From contig NW_024704743.1 in NCBI RefSeq assembly GCF_018977255.1, positions 12,092,001-12,156,000 on the forward strand: a stretch of 64,000 bases of DNA, read 5' to 3'. Below are positions 36,198-48,465 of this stretch, in pieces. The position numbers and the translations under genes were made by a program. This stretch comes from Callorhinchus milii. Taxonomy: Eukaryota. How positions within the stretch are numbered: position 1 is the stretch's first letter; each line of letters begins with the position of its first letter. A model generated the notes under the pieces. That model saw only the letters and a list, made by a program, of their open reading frames with translations. It had not been told where the DNA came from and did not search any database.

Positions 36198-36362
36198 CAA
36201 TTGACTCTTCTCCCCCTGATGGAGCCAACCATCGGGGTGAACTTTGCCTATTTCCCTCCGTATGGCAGTGGGCAGCTCAATGATGAAAATCAGCTGATGG
36301 GATCTTTTGGCAACGGTGCCCTGGACGGGGTCCCAGATTACTATTCCCAGCTCATTTACAAG
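36198..36362 (+). CDS. KMT2C: KMT2C 165-bp symmetric exon ('44a'), QLTLLPLMEPTIGVNF...PDYYSQLIYK
   Basis: ctccag|CAA TTG ACT ... TAC AAG|gtgagt; phase 0-0. Confidence 0.92.
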
Positions 36363-36994
36363 GTGAGTCGGCAGCGACAGAACCTTGGGCTTTCACCAGC
36401 AGCAGTACTCGCATTCTGACCTGGAAATGAACTGAATGAGACAATTTTTTGCATCCAATCATGAGGTCCATTGGACCAGAAGGCAGGGCCAGGCGGCAGG
36501 CCAGAAAACCTTCTTAAGGCAAACCTCTCCTGTGATTATGTGTAGCTTTGTGATGATCAACAACAACAGTATTTACGTTGCACCCCCTCACACAGAGTAA
36601 AATTCCAAATTGGTGGGAATAAGAGATGACACGTGCACAATGCAAAAGTCGTCTGGCTTCACTAAGAGTGAAAATGTTTGTGTTAAAGTGCCGTATTTTA
36701 CCAAACCCGTAGTGAATTTAAGACACTTAGCTACATGCGTGAGTGAGTACTTTTATCAGTTAGGTTGAGTCTTGCAGTAACCTTGAATAAGTATCTTTTT
36801 TGTTGTGATAAGCTATGACATTTCTCGCTTATCTCTCTTTCCAATTGCCTCTCCACATCCCCTTCATACGAAGAATGGTACAGGCTGAGAGACGGATATT
36901 ATAATTATTATCTGTGAAGCGCTTTAAGATGTCTGGATGACTATATCAAATGCAAGGATTATTATTATTAATTTGTCTTTCTCTTCCAACACAG

Positions 36995-37136
36995 CAGAAC
37001 AACCTGAGCAACCCTCCCACCCCACCCGCTTCCTTGCCCCCGACCCCGCCCCCAGTGGCCCGGCAGAAGATGGTGAACGGCTTCGCCACCACCGAGGAGC
37101 TGACCAGTAAAGCAGGAGTCATCGGACACCACGACG
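36995..37136 (+). CDS. KMT2C: KMT2C exon ~45 (142 bp), QNNLSNPPTPPASLPPTPPP...GFATTEEL
   Basis: acacag|CAG AAC AAC ... GAC G|gtaagg. Confidence 0.95.
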
Positions 37137-39186
37137 GTAAGGGAGCCGGTCGTTTGATCGCATGCTTCCGTCCTGTTCCAGAATTAATGGTCGCCAGGTT
37201 AGGCAACAAGTCCCCCTGAACTGTTTCACTGTGAACTAATCGCATGGTTAGCGGCCAGGACATAAACCCAAGCAAACCGTATGTAAGCATTTTAATACAA
37301 CAACAATTCGCACTTATATAGCGCCTTCCACGCAACGTAGTGTCTCAGAACAATACAATCATAGAAAGTTTACAGCACCTCAATGGCACTCTCGTCCCAC
37401 GTCAGGACTTTAGGGTCACAGTCCAGTGCAGTACTCTGAGGGAAGGGGGGTGGGGGAGTGATGTACCTTCAAAGGTGCCATCCCGCGGACGATTTGTAAA
37501 GCCGAGGTCCCGTCTATCTATTCAGGTGACGTTAAAGGTCTCACCAAACATCAAAATGAGCAGTGTTTCTCGCTGGTGTCCAGGCCAACAATAATAAACT
37601 AGTCAATTCACATCATGGCTGATAGAGGGACTTTACTTGCCGACAAATACACAGTCACTACACTAGACACCAATTCCTGTGAAACAATATTCAAGATGCT
37701 TTGACGTTATAGATACTGTATCAAATGTAAGGATTATTATTATTGACCTTTCAGCCCATTGTGTTTTCCTAGTGCTCATTCCCCCACTGGAGCTATTCAC
37801 TGTTCCCCTGCTCAAATCCCGTCCCCCTGCTCATTCTCTAAACCATTTTTTTTCTCATCAAACATTTTATTTGATTCCCTTTCAGTGTTGTTAATCGGAT
37901 CAGCAACAACAGTCTTTTGTGGTAATGCGTTCCTTAATCTCTTAATCCTCTGTGTTCAATGAAAATATCCTAATAACCTCCTTTTTAGTTTGTGAAAATA
38001 ATCCTCATAGAGTTTTTTGCATCCTTGTAACCGAACTGCAGATCAGTGGACATAGTCTCTGCTGACAACCTCTGCGTCAATCCCCCCTCAACACACACAC
38101 ATTGCCTTTGCTTCCTTGATCTTGTGCAGTCTAGTACTTTTCTAGCACCACACGTACGACTGGAGATTAGAGATATTTGGATGAGGCGAACAAAATGAAT
38201 TTGAATGATTTGTCCTAAGCGTTGGCTTCAATGTGAGGCATCAACCTCAAGGGACAATCTGTGGGACTGAACCTAAAACTCCATGACCCTATCATCCCAA
38301 TCCTCCCCCACCCCAGAGGATAGAGTTCAAAATCCTTGTCGAAGCCTTCAGCATATTGCTCCTCCCTACTTCTGTGACCTGCTAACTCCGCTCAGCAGGC
38401 TGAGGCCTCCTCCATGTCCCCTGCCTGGCCCATCCCACCATCGACGGTCAGGCCTTCAGTCTTTCTGCCCCCACCCTTTGGAACCAATCTCACAGTCCTT
38501 TACCTCCTTCAAGGCCCATTTCAAGACTTCGACTATGCCTTCCTACCCCTATCCTCTCCGCTCTCCATCCCTCCTGATCCAAACTCCCAGCTTGGATCCA
38601 CATTCCTGACTGTCCAGCACCTTGGGATTTCCTCCCAATGTGAAAGGCGCTATACAAATGTAAATAGCTGCTTTTAGAGGAGGGTTCAGTGCTGGTTCCG
38701 AGTGACACACCCTCCCATAGAGTATTAGAATCAAGTTGATCCTCAGTGGCGTGCTGGGCTGGGTGGTCCGGTTCCAGAGCTGAGCCAGGCAAGGGGTGAC
38801 TGCCCAGCCAGACCGGCTTGTTGGCAGTCCCTGGCGACAAGATTCTGGGACTCGGATTGGAACTTTGACCTTAAAAAAGGAAGGAAAAGAGGGAAAAAAT
38901 AGGAAGGGAGTTGTGGGGGGGGGGAACTGAGAAAAGGAGAGAATTTTGTATCTGAAGTGAAATAGTGAATATTCAATTAATCAAAATGAAACTGCCATAA
39001 GAATATAAGAATTGCTAGACGAAAGAATACCAAGGTCCATCTAGTTCGCCTTTCACCCTCCTGGTAGTCGCATGCACATGTCCCAAACTGTGAACTGTAT
39101 CCCAAGATATTATTTCCTAAATGAAATCTATCTCATTTGCTTTTCAAAGAAAGCAATAAATGCCAATAAATACTCTACGTTTTCAG

Positions 39187-39334
39187 TAACGAAGGGACTC
39201 GGACCCAAACAGTACCAGCTGCCTTTCCGACCTGAGGACGATTTGCTAGCAAGAGCTATAGCTCATGGACCCAAAACAGTAGACGTTCCAGCCTCCCTCC
39301 CAACTCCACCTCACAACAACCAGGAGGAATTAAG
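39187..39334 (+). CDS. KMT2C: KMT2C exon ~46 (148 bp), (V)TKGLGPKQYQLPFRPEDDLLARAIAHGPKTVDVPASLPTPPHNNQEEL
   Basis: tttcag|TA ACG AAG ... TTA AG|gtggga. Confidence 0.95.
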
Positions 39335-40651
39335 GTGGGACATTGAATTGTACTCGTGAATTACACTGATTAGTGCTGAACTGTTTTTTTCACGCACACA
39401 ATAAGGTCATTGCCTGAGTACAACAGCCAGAACAACTTGCATTTATATAATAATCCTTGCATTTGATATAGCGCCTTATCATATCATTGAGACGTCTCAA
39501 AGCGCTTCACAGAATATACTGTAAAGTGGTTAACTGTGTATTTTGTGGGTGAAACACGGCAGCCAGTTGCACACAGCAATGTCCTACAAACTGCCAATTG
39601 AGTTAGTGACCAATTTTATTTTGGGTGATTGTTGACTAGGACCCAAATCTTATGGCATTATTGGAAAAAATAAAGGAGTTTCTCCTGGTGTCCTGGCCAA
39701 CAATCCCTCAAATAACATTGGTCATTATTTCATGGCTGTTTGTGGTGTGTGCAAATTGACTGCTGGATTTGCAAATGGAACACACAGTCAATTTACTTTG
39801 TAGTAATTCCTCAAAGCGCTTTGAGACGACTAAGGTGCTATATCAAATGCAAGGATTAGTATTATCATTTATCTGTCTAATTTCCCATTCAATCGAACGT
39901 TTGAGCTCTGCTTTAACGGGAATTGGTTCCGTTCCAACCGTTCGGTATTGAATTTTTATTTTTCTCACCTCCCTGTAATTCCTTTGGAATTGAGCCAAAG
40001 CCATTAACATTGGGTGGTCCTAGCTGGACAAGCAGTTAGAAAGCTTGCCAGACAGTATTCTCAATGGCAAGCTATACGGTTTCAGCTGGTTAAATTCCAT
40101 CATTACCCCCAATGAACACTCTGGGGTACCCAAGCCTTGGCTGACTGTTGCCTAAATCTCTGGAACTAGGTAAGCTTGTTGTTGTTGTTGTCGTAATCTT
40201 GTTGTTGTTGTAAGCAGGATGCATTCCATTCCAGACACAGGGAAATTTGCCTGTGTGGGTGGGTGCCATACATATGTAGATTTTTTGGTTTGGTTTGGAT
40301 GCTTTTAACGGTGGCAATGGTTTCCACGTGTTTTAGACACCCGGCTGACAAAAAAACCCACATTATGATGATCTTAAATCTTGCACCCTGTCTGGTGGAC
40401 ATTATTAACAGGAACATCAACTCTTGCATTTATAAATAAAGCACCCTTCACATGGGATAGAGTCTCGGAGTGCTTAAACCTTAATGTTACATTTGCTATT
40501 CCAAGGTGAAGCTGGAACAAAACGGGCAGAAACTGAGCTTGGTTTGTTGTGCAGAGAGAGACAGTGCGATGAATCAACGTGCAGAATTTTTTTCCCAGTG
40601 GTCAGAAATCTGCCTTGACTTTTTCCTCCTTCCACCCCACTTTCACTGCAG

Positions 40652-40839
40652 AGGCCAGGATCACTGTGACCAGGATGACTGTGGTGACTCTTCGGACAGC
40701 TTTGTCGCTTCGTCATCGCCGGAAAGCGTGGTGGGGTTGGAGGTCAGCAGATATCCTGACTTATCCCTCGTGAAAGAAGAGCCACCGGACCCTGCCTCAT
40801 CCCCAGTCATTCCTATTCTGCCGAGCTCCGCTGGCAAAG
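40652..40839 (+). CDS. KMT2C: KMT2C exon ~47 (188 bp), ...DSFVASSSPESVVGLEVSRYPDLSLVKEEPP...
   Basis: ctgcag|A GGC CAG ... AAA G|gtaatc. Confidence 0.93.
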
Positions 40840-41685
40840 GTAATCATGCACACATTTTCACCGTGAGGGGGAGATCTATTGCTACTGATGAGCTGCTAGG
40901 AAGAAATTCCACCTAGGTCTAGATTTACTCTTGTTTACCTAGAAATACACTACACTTCACTGAAAAAAATAATAATCCTTGTGTTTGACAACGCCTTATA
41001 TCATTGTCGAAGCACTTCAAGGATTTGATTGTACAGCTAGACTTTTCTGTCATTCTGGCTCAGTGGGGTAGCACTGTGGGAGATCCTGTCCTTAAAATGA
41101 AACGTTAAACCGATGCTCTGCTCAGGTGGATGTTAAAGATCCCATGGTGCAATTCAAGAAGAGAGGGAGTTTCTCTCTCCAAGTGTTCTGGCCAACAATG
41201 CCCCAAATAAAATTGGTCACTCACTTCATTGCTGTTTGTGGATGTTGCTGTGCGGAAATTGGCCGCTGCGTTTGTTCACACAACACAGTCAATCCATTTT
41301 ACGACATATCCTGTGAACTACTTTGGCACATCTTCTGATCTGAAAGTCTCCATACCAATTGTGAGGTTGTTATTATTTTGTAGGCAAACGCGACAGTCAA
41401 TGTACACACAGCAAATGTCCCACAAACAGCTACAAAGTGAATGATCAATTTTATCTGAGACCAGTATGCCATGGTTCAACTCCCATCTCTTTTTCGAATA
41501 GTGCCACAGGATGTTTAACAACACTGAACAGGCACAAGCGGGTCCTCGGTTTATTCCTTCATCCGAAGGACAACACCTCCAACAATATTGTGTTGACTCT
41601 CTTCCCCCAATGTGATCTCAAAGCACTTCCCAAGGAGTAGTGGGTGGGGCGTACCAAGTAATTGTAGTTTATCTTACTGTTTCAG

Positions 41686-41837
41686 GTTCTGAAGCCAGGC
41701 GGAATGACATGAAGCTGGAAGCCATGTCAGGAAACACAGGGTCTATGTTTTTTGGGAGTCAGTTTGGACAGTCTCAAAACGGGCCCAAGATTGGCCTGGT
41801 GTCAGTAGCACTCACACTGACTCCTACAGCGGCTGAG
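41686..41837 (+). CDS. KMT2C: KMT2C exon ~48 (152 bp), (G)SEARRNDMKLE...GLVSVALTLTPTAAE
   Basis: tttcag|GT TCT GAA ... GCT GAG|gtgagt. Confidence 0.93.
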
Positions 41838-42483
41838 GTGAGTCCATGATCTTTTCTACATAGAGTAAATTTAAGATTACAACAACAGCATTTCTATAGC
41901 ACCCTTCAAGCAGGGTAGTGCCTCTGAGTGCTTAACAGTGGTGGAACCTGTTGCCGAACCGGGGAGAGAGAGAGTTGGTGACCATAGGCATGGTCAAAGA
42001 GAAAGATCTTCAAGTATGAACTGAAAATGGGCAAAGAGGGGGCAAGGTGGAGGGATTGTAGCAGAGAGTCACAGAATTTTGGAGCGTAGTAGCTAGTAGC
42101 ACAGCCACCAATAAATGGGACATGCAGGAGACCGGAGCCAGTCGAGCAGAGGCAGCTGGTCAGAGAGGTAGAGAGGTTAAAGGTTTCATAGCACTATTTG
42201 AAAAGAGAAGGGAGTTTCTCCTGGTATCCTGGCCAACAATCCCCCAAATAAAATTAGTTATGCATTCCATGACTGTTTGTGGGACATTGATGTGCACAAT
42301 TGATTGCCGTGTTTCTCCCATAAAATATACAGTCAGTTCACTTCACAGTATATTCTGTGAAACGCTTTGAGACGTCTCGAAGACATGATAAGGCGCTATA
42401 TCAAATGCAAGGATTATTATTATGATTCAATATTGTGGTGAATTCTCTCTCTTTCTCTTTGGGAATTGTACATGACCCTCCAG

Positions 42484-42718
42484 GACATAAATGGAGTAGT
42501 AGCAGCCGTGGCTGACCTTCTTCGAGTCAAAGTTCCCAACAGTTACGAGGTCAGCAATGCCAGTGAGCCACCATCCATGGCTTTGCTCAACACATACAAG
42601 TACAACCAAGCTCCGGAGGGCAGACCTCCATACAGCCCCCATCCGGGGCTCACTGGACCCATCCGGATAGTGAGGTCGGCTGGACAGCAGGGACTCCCCT
42701 ACGTGACGCTCCCCGGTG
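42484..42718 (+). CDS. KMT2C: KMT2C exon ~49 (235 bp), DINGVVAAVADLLRVKVPNSYEVS...
   Basis: ctccag|GAC ATA AAT ... GGT G|gtaagt. Confidence 0.93.
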
Positions 42719-42939
42719 GTAAGTGTGTGTTGGTCTCGTGCTTGTGTCGTGTGCACCCGCGGGTGAGAAAGCTTAGAAAGAAACAAGCATGCCTTGTTCC
42801 AAACAGTTCGCTGATGCTTCATAGTGGAGAGTTTCTGCTTTATATTTAACAATAATCTTTGCATTTGATGAGGTACCTTATTACTTCACCGGAGCATCTC
42901 ACTGAGCTTCACTATGAATTGTAGTATAAATACCTTCTC

Positions 42940-43010
42940 CGTCTATCTGTCCCTCTGTCTATCTGTCCCTCCGTCTATCTGTCCCTCCGGCCCTCCATCT
43001 ATCCCTCTGC
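42940..43010. repeat. Short tandem repeat, ~16-bp unit (ccgtctatctgtccct)
   Basis: About 4 imperfect copies. Confidence 0.8.
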
Positions 43011-43106
43011 TTTTTAAATATCCCAGTTGATTCTACCTCTGTGGCCTTGGTTGTGGTTATGGTTTTATATAATACTTGTGCACATTGTTCTGTCCCCGTG
43101 TAACAG

Positions 43107-43249
43107 GCACCATCTCAATGAAGACAGATCATCGAGCAGTTGTGGACAGCTCTGCCAGCACTAAGCCCCAGTGGTGCCGTCATTGTGACGTGGTGGTGCT
43201 CGGTAACGGTGTGCGGAAAACTGTTATGGATCTTCCGTGTCACAAACCG
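43107..43249 (+). CDS. KMT2C: KMT2C exon ~50 (143 bp), ...KPQWCRHCDVVVLGNGVRKTVMDLPCHKP; GC donor
   Basis: taacag|GC ACC ATC ... AAA CCG|gcaagt; phase 0 matches the next exon. Confidence 0.85.
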
Positions 43250-43299
43250 GCAAGTCTCTCTGTAAATCACCTTCACAAAGCGTTAAGATGCTAAACCTA

Positions 43300-43830
43300 T
43301 ATAAACTTACACCATAGAAGAAGGCCATTTGGCCCAATGTGTCTGTACCGGCTCTTTTAAGAGTGATCTTTTTGGTTCCATTTATCTGCCCTTTCCCCAT
43401 AAGGTTTTATTCCTTTTTAGATATTTATCTAGTTCCCTTTAGAAAACTAATATGCATTTTGCCTTAACTAATATTCCTGTGAGGGCATTCCATATCTAAC
43501 CACTCTGTGCTTGGAAAATTTCTTCTAATCTCCCCATTTGCTGGATTACTAATTTATTAAATCAATGCTTTCTAGTCACTGACTCACTGTCCAGTAGAAA
43601 TTATTTCTCTCTATTGACTATCAAAATCTCATAACTTTAAAGACGTCTATCAGATTACCCCATAACCTTTCTTGTTCCAGCGAAAAATATTCCAGATCCT
43701 CCAGTCTCCGCTTATAGGCCAAATCATTCATCCTCTGTATCATCTTAGTAAATTTCCTCTCAGGATCACCTCTATCTCCTTGACATCTTTGGATGACCAA
43801 AGCTGGACACAATTGCAGTCAACTTACGTT
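43300..43830 (-). mobile_element. CR1 LINE 3' fragment
   Basis: YKRRLEDLEYFSLEQERLWGNLIDVFKVM on the minus strand. Confidence 0.8.
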
Positions 43831-44673
43831 TTACATGTTTTGATACAGGAACTTATCATGTCAACAAAATGTCTCAAAACATTTCACAGGATTTTACTGT
43901 AAAGTGTGGTGACTGTGCAGGCACATTTTGTAGGCAAATGCAGCAGCAATTTGCACACAGCAATGTCCCACAAACAGACATGATGTGGATGAACAATTTT
44001 ATCTGGGGAATTACGTGGCCATAACACCAGGAGAAATTCCCTTCTATAAGAATAGTGCAATGTGCTCTTTGATGTCAAAGGTTTAACTGAAGTGCTCTTC
44101 CCAGCACTACACTGAACATCAGTCGGGTCTGTGAGCTCAAAGCCCTGATACAGGGCTTGAATTCACAACTCCTGTCCCAGAGTCGAGGGAAAATGTTTGC
44201 CATCGTACTTTTATTTTCTTAAGTTTCATTTTAAACAACCACAGGAAATTCAGCTTACAAATTAAGACTGAATTCAAGAATTTCCACACCACCCTAGATT
44301 TCAAGGCCATGTCTTGAGGCTAGGACCATGTTAAATTTTGTGTTAGCCTGGATCAGTCGGTAACTTTATCGGAGATGCCATCCTTTGAATGAGACATTAA
44401 ATTGAGGCTCTGTCTGACTGTTCAGATGGACGTTAAAGATCCCATGGCGCCATTCAAAAAGAGAAGGGAGTTTCTTCCAGTGTCCTTGTCAATAATACCA
44501 CAAATTACTCATTTACTTCAGGCAATTTTTTTTATTATGAAAAAGAATCCTGAATCTGTCCTGAAACCATCCTGAGATCTGATAGGCAGGCTGACAGAAC
44601 ATCAGGGGACTGGGGGTCACAAAGGTTTGTGGCTGTCAATGTCAGTAAAAGAAATCCTTGACTTTTTCTTTAG

Positions 44674-44781
44674 GATTCAAGAGACAGGATGTGGAAAGTG
44701 GAGGCTGATATTGTCTTCTGTAGTAACAGCTGTTTTCTGCAATACTCGATGGCCACGCAAGCCAGAACACCCGAGTCAAAG
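44674..44781 (+). CDS. KMT2C: KMT2C exon ~51 (108 bp), DSRDRMWKVEADIVFCSNSCFLQYS...ESK
   Basis: ctttag|GAT TCA AGA ... TCA AAG|gtaacc. Confidence 0.93.
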
Positions 44782-45309
44782 GTAACCACAGCAACAACTA
44801 CTTGCCTTTAAATATTGCTCCCTTCACTTCAAGTAACGTCTCGGAGCACTTTGCAGAGAAAGGGGGCAGGGGTGGGATAATATAATGATGCTTGCAGTTG
44901 ATATAGCACCTTATCACGTCGTTGAAACATCTCAAAGCTTCACAGAATATATTGTAAAGTGAATTGACTGTGTATTTTGTGGGCGAAACAAGGCAGTCAA
45001 TTACACACAGCAGAGTCCCACTAATAGCCATGGATTAAGTGACCAAATTATTATTATTATTTTTTGGAGGGATAGGGCATAGTGGGCGGATTGGAGGGAA
45101 AGGAGTTAGGGGAGATGGATTGGAGGGAAAGGAGGGGGAGGGGGGGGGTAAGGAAAGTGGTGGTGAGGAGAAGTGGAGATAGTTTGAAGATGTGGGTTTG
45201 AAGGCAGGAGTAAGGAATGAGTCGGAAGCTTGGCCTGTTTCTGTGCTATACAGTCTGTGTAAATCTTTGTAGATTTCAATATTGTGTCTCATTTTTGTTT
45301 CATTAGCAG

Positions 45310-46432
45310 GAAGGGGCGCTTTTAGCAACCGAACAGCCTGTGAAGGAGATGGTGAGAAACACCTTCCATCACTACAACAACAACACCTCTGCCCTGGACG
45401 TCCACCGCCTCCCGAGGCTACAGGAGAACACAGCGTCAGCCACCACTCCAGCCCTCTGCTTCCCTCCCGCCTGCTCAGAGCTCCCCAAACAGGAGCCCAA
45501 GGCGGAGGACCTCAAGGTGACGGTCAAGCTAAAGCCCAGGCCTCGGTCTCTCCACGGCTCCCTGGACGAAACCCGGCCGGTGCTTAAAAGGTGGAAAGGG
45601 ATGAAGTGGAAAAAGTGGCGAGTTCAGATAGTCATCCCCAAAGGGCATCTGAAGGTACCCTCGGAGCAGGAGATCGATGAGCTGCTGAAGAGACTGGGGA
45701 CCTCTCTCAAGCCAGAACCCATCCCTCGAGACTACAGGAGATGCTGCTTCTGCCACGAAGAGGGCGATGGCACGACCGACGGAGCCGCGAGGCTCTTGAA
45801 CCTGGACCTGGACCTGTGGGTCCACCTGAACTGCGCGCTGTGGTCCACAGAGGTGTACGAGACGCAGGCTGGGGCCTTGATCAACGTGGAGGTGGCCTTG
45901 CGGAGGGGCCTGTCCATGAAGTGCGTCTTTTGTCACAAAATGGGGGCCACCAGCACCTGTCACCGCATCCGCTGCACCAATGTCTATCATTTCACCTGTG
46001 CCGGCAAAGCCCAGTGCATGTTCTTCAAGGACAAGACCATGTTGTGTCCCCTCCACAAGCCCCGGGGGCCACACGAGCAGGAGCTCACCTACTTTGCCGT
46101 CTTTCGGAGGGTCTACGTCCAGAGGGATGAGGTCAAACAGGTGGCCAGCATCGTGCAGCGGGGCGAACGCAACCACACCTTCCGCGTGGGCAGTCTGATC
46201 TTCCATGCCATCGGGCAGCTCCTGCCGCAGCAGATGCAGGACTTCCACAGCAGATTGGCGCTCTACCCAGTGGGCTATGAGGCCAGCCGGCTGTACTGGA
46301 GCACCCGCTACTGCAACAAGCGCAGCCGCTACTTGTGCTCCATCGAGGAGAGGGATGGGCTCCCCGAGTTCCTGATCCGCGTCATCGAGCAGGGCCATGA
46401 GGACCAGGTGCTCAAGGGCAGCTCTCCCAAAG
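45310..46432 (+). CDS. KMT2C: KMT2C exon ~52 (1123 bp), extended PHD finger, FYRN and start of FYRC
   Basis: tagcag|GAA GGG ... CCC AAA G|gtgagg; ORF 45340..46518 with CCFCHEEGDG...WVHLNCALWS...CPLH and RVGSLIFH...PVGYEASRLYWS. Confidence 0.97.
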
Positions 46433-47662
46433 GTGAGGCAAATGGGAAGCTCAGCTCTATTACTAGTCCTTGCATTTGGTGTAGCGCCTCAATGCGATTC
46501 TTAAGGTTTACAGTATAGTGGTTTGAATGTGTATTTTGTAGGCAAAAGCCGCAGCCCAATTTTCACACAGCAATAAAATTAATAATCCTTGCGCTCTAGG
46601 ATGCTACCCTCCGTGAGGGGCGCTATATAAATGCAATTTGTTGTTGCATTTGATATAGCGCCTTATCATGTCGTCAAAGTGCTTCACAGAATATATTGTA
46701 AAGTGGATTGATTGTGTATTTTGTAGGCAAACGTGGCAGTCAGTTGTGCACATCAATTGTACTCACTCCACAAACAGCCATGAAGTGAGTGACCTATTTT
46801 ATTTGGGGGAATTATTTATTGGTCACCAGAAGAAATTCCCTTCTCTTTTCAAACAGTGCCATGGGATCTTTAACATCCACCCAAAAAGGCAGGTAGGACT
46901 CTAATTCGAAGGATGAGATATTGCTCAATCATTGGTGGAGTTTAGATGCCAAGATGTCATTCTCAGGCTGGTCAGATTGAGCATGAATACTGCATACAGT
47001 ACTGGTCACTGTGAGCAACATAATGGGGCTGTCCAGGTACAGGAGGCAGTGCAAAGAAGAGCAGCGAGGATGATCACCAATGTTATGAATTATGAGCAAT
47101 GATTAGACAAGTTAGGGCTTTCATTCTTGAGAGAAGATGACTCACACAGGTGTAGGTTTAAGTGCTCCGGGACACGACTCCACGTGAACAGCCCTATATA
47201 AATGAAAGTTGTCATTGTGTATAAAATTTTAAATGAGATTGAAAAAGTAAACCCAGATCAACACATTGGGATGCAATAAGACAGGAGAACAAGAAAATAT
47301 ATGTTGTTGCAAAGGGCAATTTCAAGACAGACACCAGGAAGTGTTTCTTTACTCGGAGGGTAATCAACAACTGGAAAAGGATGCCAGGAAAGGTGGTTGA
47401 TGCCAGGATATTGGACTCATTTAAAAAGCAGTTTGATGCAGTGATGGGGCAAAGGGGTGGGTGTTCTGGAGGGATGAGATCAGATGGGCTGAAGGGCCTT
47501 CTTCATCCAGACCAATCTTGCAATTGTTTTAAAAATAATTTTTAAAAGACATGTATCCAGTTGTGGTGGCGCACAGCCTCTTTGGTGATGATTATTCCCA
47601 TTGAATCAGAAGGTTCTGGGTACAATCCCAGCATCGGGACTTGGAACTTGCATCATCTTGGC

Positions 47663-47816
47663 CAGTGGTGGCCAACCTTTATGGTCGGCCAACAAAATAA
47701 ATGTTCTTGATTGAATATTTCTTGAAAGAACTGAAAACATACTGCTGATCGAACATGGACTTACTTACACTCGTACCAATGTTCGGGGGGGTGGGGGTTT
47801 TCTTGACAGCTCACTG
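47663..47816 (+). mobile_element. hAT-like MITE family B inside a DeuSINE, with a degenerate 8-bp TSD
   Basis: ATCTTGGC|cagtggtggccaacc ... cactg|GTCTAGGC. Confidence 0.78.
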
Positions 47817-48328
47817 GTCTAGGCTGATGCATCGAGACAGTGCTTGGGGAAGTGCTGCATTTTTGGAGGTGCTGTCCTTCAAATGAGACATTAAACCAAT
47901 GTCCTATTTATGCCTATTCGAGAGGATGTGAAAGATCCCATGGTGCTATTTGAATAGAGAAGGGTGTTTCTCCCAGTGTTCTGGGCGACAATCCACTCGA
48001 TAAAATCACTTCACAGCTCTGAGTGGGTCATTACTATACTCAAATCAACTGTCGCATTTGCCTACAAAATACACAGTCACTGCATTTTACAACGAGTCCT
48101 GTGGGACGCTTCGGGACATTTCAATGTGGGCTCTGTATCAAATGCAAAATTTTTTATTGTTTAATGTACATTTTAAGCTTACCACTTATCAACTATAGAA
48201 CAGCTGAATGAAACCAAAAAACAAAGATACTGAGTAAAATAAATTCAATGGACTTGACAGAGAGAGAAAATGCACAGATTCTATTTATTGCATAACTAAA
48301 AATGCTGCGTTTTCTATCATTCTTACAG

Positions 48329-48465
48329 CAGTGTGGGAGAAGCTTCTAGAACCGATAGCCCGGCTCCGGAGAGATGCTGACATGCTGAAACTCTTCCCGG
48401 ACTATCTGAAAGGCGATGACCTCTTTGGCCTGACTGTTTCTGCAGTCACCCGAATAGCAGAATCG
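48329..48465 (+). CDS. KMT2C: KMT2C exon ~53 (137 bp), FYRC: VWEKLLEPIA...GDDLFGLTVSAVTRIAES
   Basis: ttacag|CA GTG TGG ... GAA TCG|gtaatg. Confidence 0.95.

Noticed and set aside
45529..46398. 289-aa antisense ORF opposite the ePHD/FYRN exon (similar ones opposite exons ~38 and ~43)
   Set aside because: Shadow ORFs expected from GC-rich codon usage; no recognisable domain.
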